59,079 nucleotides of DNA from a virus, in IMG/VR virus record IMGVR_UViG_3300006133_000009; one strand, written 5' to 3'. Below, piece after piece: positions 53,097-59,079 of the stretch. The notes under the pieces were generated by a model, which ran no database searches, was not told the origin of the DNA, and saw nothing but the letters and a program-made list of their open reading frames with translations. The position numbers and the translations under genes were made by a program. Positions within the stretch are counted from its first letter, which is position 1. Each line of letters begins with the position of its first letter.

Positions 53097-53520
53097 CTTC
53101 TTCTAATGCTTTTTCCAAGTCGTGCCGCCCGGATAGTAACTTCCGGAAGTTTATGCGCCAAGGCAGTCCTTTATATTCAGCGTAGTTATTACCTGCGCTT
53201 GAAAGCTCGTTGAGATAAACATATAGAATACACGCTACCGAAACGACCGGGACACCAAAAACAACTCCAACGGAATGACGGCAAGTGTAAGCCACGAAAA
53301 GCCAACATCCGTAGTCAAGTATCTTATTCATCGTGCGGCGGCGCATACGCGAGCCTCGTATTTTTTCACCTCGTTTTTTTGCAGCCATAATGCCGAAACG
53401 GAGGTCTGCGAATATGAGAGCTATTGCGAAGCCTATCCACCATTGCATTGATATATAGAAGTCACTAAAGAGCGATGAGAGCAACGCTTGCGTGGCTTCG
53501 TGTAAAGACTGATGTTCCAT
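53062..53520 (-). CDS. Holin candidate (152 aa)
   Basis: Multiple TM helices with a basic loop KKRGEKIRGSRMRRR. Lies immediately upstream of the endolysin. Confidence 0.6.
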   Translation of the reverse strand: MEHQSLHEATQALLSSLFSDFYISMQWWIGFAIALIFADLRFGIMAAKKRGEKIRGSRMRRRTMNKILDYGCWLFVAYTCRHSVGVVFGVPVVSVACILYVYLNELSSAGNNYAEYKGLPWRINFRKLLSGRHDLEKALEEVEPKKDNNGED

Positions 53521-53546
53521 TGATTGTGATAAAGTCGATTATAACG

Positions 53547-53554
53547 CAAAGATA
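53547..53554 (-). promoter_or_regulatory. Candidate -7 box TATCTTTG for the lysis operon
   Basis: The + strand CAAAGATA lies 27 nt upstream of the holin ATG. TATTAGGTATTA lies 6 nt further upstream (53561..53572). Confidence 0.4.
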
Positions 53555-53596
53555 GGGAAATAATACCTAATAGATACTACAATGAGCCAAAAAATT

Positions 53597-54055
53597 TTAT
53601 TCTTCCGGCAATAATGCTTCAAGTTCGTTGATTTTGTCGCGTGTTTGCTGTCGTTCAGAGTGCAACTGCACTATGTCGTAAGGAAGAGTGTTGCCGAGCA
53701 ACGATGCTTCATAACACTTAGTCACGCGATAGTCAGTTGATGCGAGCGAGTCTTTTAACGCCGCTATTTCAGCTTTGATTCGCTGTCGGTCAAACTTACG
53801 TTCATAGCGAAACTTGATGCAGTCCCCGGCATCGTAAGGTATAGCTACGATGATGTAGTTTTCATCATCTGAAATCATTTGAGATTCGTCTATCAGCTCA
53901 ACCGGCTTCCACGATTCGGGCAGTTCTGCGATTTGTTCTTCAACCGAAACTTCAACGGCTTCCACTGTGCCGTCTTCTCGTTTGCGGTTATATATTGTCG
54001 GTTTGATTTCTATGGCTCTCAGATAGCCGTCTTCGATGTATCCGTATTCAGTCAT
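53597..54055 (-). CDS. Hypothetical tail-module protein (152 aa from M12)
   Basis: The internal ATG lies just after the Tal-like stop. Confidence 0.45.
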   Translation of the reverse strand: MTEYGYIEDGYLRAIEIKPTIYNRKREDGTVEAVEVSVEEQIAELPESWKPVELIDESQMISDDENYIIVAIPYDAGDCIKFRYERKFDRQRIKAEIAALKDSLASTDYRVTKCYEASLLGNTLPYDIVQLHSERQQTRDKINELEALLPEE

Positions 54056-54060
54056 AATGA

Positions 54061-57000
54061 TTAGTATTTCCAACGTGATACAAGCCACGCTTCTTTTTTT
54101 GTAGTTGTATTCCCTGAAGTTACATATCCGATAGAGAAGACGAACATACCGGCATACCCTTCGCCAAAATCGTAATATTCGTTTTCGGTATGGTCATCGT
54201 ATATACAATGCCCGGTTCGCGGTCTGAATCGCATATATCCCGACCACCATTGTTTTACAAATATAACTTGACCCTCGTATGGGTTTGCCGGAAGATACAC
54301 CGTTGCGGCATCGGATGTATAACCGACTACCATAGTATCATTGTAGTTCAAATATTTAGTCACATTTTCCCCACTTATAGCCATACGATGCAGTATAAGT
54401 CCGTGTGCATACAGCTTGTCAAAGAATCCTCCGACTGCCATTGCGTTACCGCTATTGTACGAGCTTCCGTAAACACCCATTACGAGCGTTCCTAACTTAT
54501 CTAACGACCATTCACTTTTGTTTACATTTGCACGACCAAGTCCGACAAGTGACGCACGGAATGTTCGCCCGGTTGTAGCCGACATCGCTTCAGTACCGGC
54601 ACGGTTTGCGAATATGCCTGATGGCGACATATAGCTAACATCATAATCGGTTTTAGAGCGAGCTTCCACAGTTCCGCGTGTAGCGTCTAACGTGATAATT
54701 GCCCCTCGGCTCGATTCTCCAGGCATCATATAATCGCCGCTCGAAGATGAGCATTCGAGAATGATTTTAGGCTCGTAGATGAATGTATTGCCGCTATATC
54801 TACCGACTTGCATGAGGATTCGGTTATTGCTTGTGTCGTCAAGAGTTGAAACTATCTGACCGGCTTTAATAAACCAATCGCCGATATTTGCACCCTCTGC
54901 CAAAAGTAGATTAGTTGCGATGCTTTCAAAAGACGCTCCAAACGAGTTCCATTTAGATGTATTATCCGGCGCGACATCGTAGAACGTGCCAGCATCAATT
55001 CGGGCGATGTAGAATGTATCGCCATACTTCACCGCGTCCAAACGATGCTCGTTGCCGTAGTATGTCTTCTTGCTGTCATATTTTCCGCAGAAAACCAATA
55101 CAGGACTTTTGCCGTCTTTTCCCGGCTTGCCGTCAACGCCGTCATAAGGCGTAACTCGTACCGGCGTAGCCCATTCGGATAACAATTCGTTTGTTTCGCC
55201 GGATATTTTGGCGTATGTGCGCCACATATATTGCAGCGTGTCGAGTGTCGGTTGCTCTACGCCCCAACCGCTCGGATTGCGAGTGTTTTTGGAAAGAGCC
55301 GGAGCGACTGTTTTTGAGCCATTCACGGCATATCTGTATTCGGTGAAGTCGCCGTTGAGTGCGTATCGTAACCAAAGCGTAGGTGTTGAGAATGCGCCCC
55401 ACACTCCGTCACGCTTGTAGCGTACTGATTCAAACTCGTACTGACGCGAATATGTAACGCCGCTCGGATTGTCAGTCCAATCATTTACGACTTCCCAATG
55501 AGTAAAATTCGGCATCCATAATCCGTTTATTTGAGTTACCGGCGCAATGCCGGTCAAATTGTTGGTCTTGCATCTGTATGGGCGATTGTTGCTACCAAGT
55601 ACAATATCGCCGGAATTGTATGTTTGATTGGCATTATACGTTTCAGTTGTTCGTGTAGGCACATAGTCATCTGTGTGTTGGTCGCTGTAGGGAGTGTTCG
55701 GTACTGTGTCAGTATCTGACAACAAATATATACGCTCCGTATCGGTCGTGTCGATTGAGAACGGCACTGGCACACTCCACACACCGACATCATCCGACAT
55801 TCCGTTGAAACGACCTACCGACACCCAACAATTTTCAACTGTGATTATTCGATATTTAACACAATCATCATACTTTGATGTTGAGGAATCTTTCGCATAT
55901 CCGACTTCTACAAAGTGACTACCCGGAGTCGGCACGTTGACATAGAAGATTTGTGAGGTCTGACCGCTGATTCTCGCTGCATAGTTTGTCGTGCGTGTCA
56001 TTTCGGCATTGTCAAGTAAACCGAGAATGCCGAAGTCGTAGTTTTCTTCTGATGAAACAACAAGCTCGATTGCTACTGTCTGATTCGCTGTCCAGGTTGT
56101 GAAACTGATTCGGTTCTTTGTGAGATTGCCGTCAGTTATTGCTGGAGATACACGGAAGCCGTTTTTAACCGCGAATGTCGAGCCGTGGGAGAATTGGATA
56201 ATATCTTTATCGGGCGTGTCGCTCCAACCGGCAGGCGAATTGCCAACCGGCGTTGCCGGTTTGTCGATAGAGTAGCGATATATTAGCTTGCTCCAATCGC
56301 CGTTTGTGCCTTGAGATGCGTATAACGACCAATACGCATTACCGTCACCGCCTGGAGTTCGCCCGGTACAATACGACGGAGCGATGCAAATATACATTGA
56401 AGTGCCTTTGCCGTCATTGTATGAAACAAGGTCACCTTTGTAGTATGTCGTTCTCGCATTCCAAACGCCGCGATAGCAAGGCACCGGAAATTCATCGCCG
56501 CTCTCGCTTTGCACCATAGTACCGTTAAGCACAAGTTTGTTATCTCCGTCAATATTGAAACGGAGCTTGTTGCCGAGCTTGAATGCGTTGGCGAGCATAT
56601 CAAAGAAACTGTTGCCGTCTGCTGAAACAACCTTATCAGTTGTGACGCGACCGGGCAGAATCTCCGTGAATCCGTAGAGTGTCGCAAAGCTGCGTTCACC
56701 GTCATACTCGCTGTTTAAGACACCAACGAGCAAATGATAATAATTCGCTTCTTGCTTCATTCCGATAGCAGTAGGCGACAATAGGAACGAGCCTACGAGC
56801 GCGGTATTTGTGCGATGCACTCTTGCATACAGGTAATACAGCTTCGCACCGTCAGTAAGCTGCGGCGACTGATAAGCATTCATCTCCCAAACGAGATATT
56901 CGTTAGGCTTATGTGAGGGCGCGAGCGTGTTAATGCCGAGCGTCAGGTGTTGTAAGAATCCGTGAGGGCAGTTGAGTCGCTTCGTTTCATAGTTGTATGT

Positions 57001-58692
57001 GATGTTGAGGTTGACCGATGTTTGCGATGTTCGGCTCTGAATGAATCGGAACTGCAAACTTTCGTCACCGACAAGCATCTGCATTGTCCGTACCGCTATC
57101 GGGTTTATAGAGTTCGTGAAGTTGTCGAGTAAGGCATCTTCAAGCATTGACATTGTTTCCGTAGCATCGCGGAAACGGCGTTTTGTGAAGCGTATCGCGT
57201 CATTGTGCGATTCTTCAATTTTCACTTCGTTTTGGCTGATTTCATTCAGCTTTGAGGTGATGTTTGTGCCGTGAGATTCATTCGAGATAGTGATGATAGG
57301 CGCATACGGAGATGATAGGTTTTCTTTAATGCCTACGATTCGTATAGGCACACCGTCCGGCGCGAATTGTTCGTCAGTAAAGAGAATGTAGCTACCGATT
57401 TTTAGGCGACAGCCGATGCGTAGCCAATTCTTCTTTGTGTAGAGCGATTGAAGCTCTCCGCTAAAGGTGAATTTCGGGTTTTCATTCTCATACAAGTATC
57501 GCGCTGCTTCGCGGAACATATCCCATGATGCGCCGGATTTGTCGGCATCGTTGCGGATATATTCATTAGGCAGCATGATTCCGAACACGGCGTACCTGTC
57601 ACCGGCTTGCGGCTTATAAGACGCATTCGGCATCGTCACGCCGTCAATCTCCTGCGGCTTGATTTCAAAACGTCTTTTTTCGTGGTCGTACTTAAATTCA
57701 AACTGCTTATCGTCACCGGCAAGCATTCCGCTCTGAAAGACGATTGTTGCCGTTTCGCCCTCAATAAGATAGTCGTTGAAATTGAGATTTGCCGGAATCG
57801 TGTTATCCACGAAGTCATACCAATTTTTCGCGGCATCTACTGTCACGACTGAAGTCACCTCGCCGACACGCGAGGGGTATATTTCCGAACAATCGAGGCT
57901 GTCTTCTTTTCGAGCTGAAGATATTTTGTCGTATCGCTCTATGAAGTAGCCGTCATCGTCTGCTTTATAGACGCGCCCCTCGTATTCGAGCGTCTGACTT
58001 TTGGGTAACAACAAGTCGGGCGCACCATACTTGGAGCGGTCTATATTTCGCGAGCCACCTTGAACGTAAAGACGCTTGACCGGCTTTTGTCCGCTCTCGG
58101 TAGAGCGTCCGACACCCGGTTTGAATCCGTTGCCTTTTCCATAGCCGAGCGGCAGGGGGTCATCTTTGAAGTATTCTACTTTACGGAGGTGAAACACCTT
58201 ACCTATTATTTCCCACTCTGTATTGAACACTTCCGACACACTCTGCAACGCTGCATCGCAGTATGTGTGATTAAACTCAATCGTTTTTTCTGTTGCATCA
58301 ATGCACTCTCCGACACTCCAACCGCCACCGGCGCGTTGATTGAGATTTTCAACTATTATCTGAACAAACTCGCGAGGCTTGGCACACATAGACCACTTCA
58401 AACGGCGGTCAACATTGTTTCGCACTTTGTATTCGCCGAGCAATTCGGAGGGGTCGCCGAGTGTGAGCGTGTATTCGAGCCTACGAGAGCCTTGCTTCTT
58501 GAAATTCTCCGGCTTGTTGAGTGTGTATATCTCGCCTTGATACTCACACCACGCGCCAACCGGGATTTCGATAAATTCCGGCATAGAGAATTTCAGCGTT
58601 AATGTCGGCTTCTCCATGAGGGCGCGATAGCGGTAAGAACTATCGTCCTCATGGATTTTGAGCGTCTTGTCATTGAAATGCAGCGTTACCAT
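54061..58692 (-). CDS. Tal-like large tail/baseplate structural protein (1543 aa)
   Basis: The N-terminus (TLTLKFSMPEFIEIPVGAWCEYQGEIYTLN...) resembles prophage tail endopeptidase/Tal N-domains. Very large beta-rich C-terminal extension. Confidence 0.6.
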   Translation of the reverse strand: MVTLHFNDKTLKIHEDDSSYRYRALMEKPTLTLKFSMPEFIEIPVGAWCEYQGEIYTLNKPENFKKQGSRRLEYTLTLGDPSELLGEYKVRNNVDRRLKWSMCAKPREFVQIIVENLNQRAGGGWSVGECIDATEKTIEFNHTYCDAALQSVSEVFNTEWEIIGKVFHLRKVEYFKDDPLPLGYGKGNGFKPGVGRSTESGQKPVKRLYVQGGSRNIDRSKYGAPDLLLPKSQTLEYEGRVYKADDDGYFIERYDKISSARKEDSLDCSEIYPSRVGEVTSVVTVDAAKNWYDFVDNTIPANLNFNDYLIEGETATIVFQSGMLAGDDKQFEFKYDHEKRRFEIKPQEIDGVTMPNASYKPQAGDRYAVFGIMLPNEYIRNDADKSGASWDMFREAARYLYENENPKFTFSGELQSLYTKKNWLRIGCRLKIGSYILFTDEQFAPDGVPIRIVGIKENLSSPYAPIITISNESHGTNITSKLNEISQNEVKIEESHNDAIRFTKRRFRDATETMSMLEDALLDNFTNSINPIAVRTMQMLVGDESLQFRFIQSRTSQTSVNLNITYNYETKRLNCPHGFLQHLTLGINTLAPSHKPNEYLVWEMNAYQSPQLTDGAKLYYLYARVHRTNTALVGSFLLSPTAIGMKQEANYYHLLVGVLNSEYDGERSFATLYGFTEILPGRVTTDKVVSADGNSFFDMLANAFKLGNKLRFNIDGDNKLVLNGTMVQSESGDEFPVPCYRGVWNARTTYYKGDLVSYNDGKGTSMYICIAPSYCTGRTPGGDGNAYWSLYASQGTNGDWSKLIYRYSIDKPATPVGNSPAGWSDTPDKDIIQFSHGSTFAVKNGFRVSPAITDGNLTKNRISFTTWTANQTVAIELVVSSEENYDFGILGLLDNAEMTRTTNYAARISGQTSQIFYVNVPTPGSHFVEVGYAKDSSTSKYDDCVKYRIITVENCWVSVGRFNGMSDDVGVWSVPVPFSIDTTDTERIYLLSDTDTVPNTPYSDQHTDDYVPTRTTETYNANQTYNSGDIVLGSNNRPYRCKTNNLTGIAPVTQINGLWMPNFTHWEVVNDWTDNPSGVTYSRQYEFESVRYKRDGVWGAFSTPTLWLRYALNGDFTEYRYAVNGSKTVAPALSKNTRNPSGWGVEQPTLDTLQYMWRTYAKISGETNELLSEWATPVRVTPYDGVDGKPGKDGKSPVLVFCGKYDSKKTYYGNEHRLDAVKYGDTFYIARIDAGTFYDVAPDNTSKWNSFGASFESIATNLLLAEGANIGDWFIKAGQIVSTLDDTSNNRILMQVGRYSGNTFIYEPKIILECSSSSGDYMMPGESSRGAIITLDATRGTVEARSKTDYDVSYMSPSGIFANRAGTEAMSATTGRTFRASLVGLGRANVNKSEWSLDKLGTLVMGVYGSSYNSGNAMAVGGFFDKLYAHGLILHRMAISGENVTKYLNYNDTMVVGYTSDAATVYLPANPYEGQVIFVKQWWSGYMRFRPRTGHCIYDDHTENEYYDFGEGYAGMFVFSIGYVTSGNTTTKKEAWLVSRWKY

Positions 58693-58704
58693 ACGATTGA
58701 GTTT

Positions 58705-59079
58705 TTAGTCGATGTTTAATGATTCACAGTCCGCGTCAACTTGTGCCTTGATAGCATCTCGCTCGGTGAGGAATGCTTTATAGGCGTTGATAGCTGACTG
58801 TGCTTTCTCGCCGGATTTTGTGCCGAAGCATCCGAGCGTGGCGGCGTTGTAGTCGTTGATTAGTTTCTTCTCACGGTTATTAGGCCACATAGCGGCGATG
58901 ACGGCTTCAAGAATCTTGTTGCTTGACACCGGCGACCATATCGTGACTTCAAAGCACGAGTATTGTTTGCTGCTCTCTTGTGCTGTGACTGTTTCGCCGT
59001 CAGAGGTCGAATGTTCGGTGACGGTCTTTTCTTCTTCTTGAATGTCCCAACGGTAGAGATAACTTCCGTTGCCGACAGC
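58705..59079 (-). CDS. Hypothetical tail-module protein spanning the circular junction (130 aa; first 6 codons lie at 78..95)
   Basis: The reading frame stays open from the ATG at 95..93 through position 1 into 59002..58705. The ATG lies 1 nt after the RT stop (TGA-A-ATG). The ORF track shows only the last 74 aa. Confidence 0.55.
   Translation of the reverse strand, partial: AVGNGSYLYRWDIQEEEKTVTEHSTSDGETVTAQESSKQYSCFEVTIWSPVSSNKILEAVIAAMWPNNREKKLINDYNAATLGCFGTKSGEKAQSAINAYKAFLTERDAIKAQVDADCESLNID
59003..59079. repeat. Terminal overlap, identical to 1..77
   Basis: Direct comparison of the two window ends. Confidence 0.95.

Larger units (their letters stand above)
1..59079. mobile_element. 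Complete temperate phage genome (siphovirus-like, circular assembly, about 59,002 bp unique)
   Basis: Full set of phage modules is present (integrase, repressor switch, recombination/replication, terminase, portal, capsid, tape measure, lysis). The window ends are identical over 77 bp. Confidence 0.85.

Overview
The window is one complete temperate siphovirus-like phage genome. Its first 77 bp are identical to its last 77 bp, which implies a circular assembly of about 59,002 unique bp. A Bacteroidota host is likely: several operons are preceded by TAnnTTTG-type -7 promoter boxes, few starts have a Shine-Dalgarno sequence, and the integrase and GH108 lysin resemble Bacteroides types.

Nearly all genes are on the minus strand:
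- **Early and replication genes (47957 down to 28735):** Cro-like HTH, Xis-like HTH, SbcC-like ATPase, RecT, MBL nuclease, replication initiator, DnaC-like loader, SNF2 helicase-methyltransferase fusion, C5 methyltransferase, MazG, SSB and VRR-NUC.
- **Packaging and head genes (28622 down to 13838):** ParB-like protein, GT-A-like protein, TerS, TerL, portal, Mu-F-like head protein, scaffold and capsid.
- **Neck and tail genes (13830 down to 1820, continuing across the circular junction to 53597):** these include a tail-chaperone -1 frameshift, a 1480-aa tape measure and a 1543-aa Tal-like protein.
- **Lysis genes (53520 down to 51887).**
- **attP region, integrase, and a plus-strand lysogeny operon (48099..50184).**

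A plus-strand accessory island (16440..20343) interrupts the head module.

The main finding is a diversity-generating retroelement (DGR). It comprises an RT (97..1122), a template repeat (TR, 1271..1378) and two variable repeats (VRs). VR1 lies in the adjacent 480-aa tail-fibre-like target. VR2 is remote, at the 3' end of a 204-aa early-region gene (42228..42842). Both VRs differ from the TR almost only at TR adenines, and they share an IMH-like end that the TR lacks.

Other notable items:
- a head-protein-fused ADP-ribosyltransferase facing an ADP-ribosylglycohydrolase gene;
- a 12-mer shared by three promoter regions;
- an AACGCAA motif immediately upstream of ten start codons;
- a C5 methyltransferase with a reiterated target-recognition region;
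- a candidate unimolecular spanin.

All functional calls rest on motifs read by eye. No database search was run.
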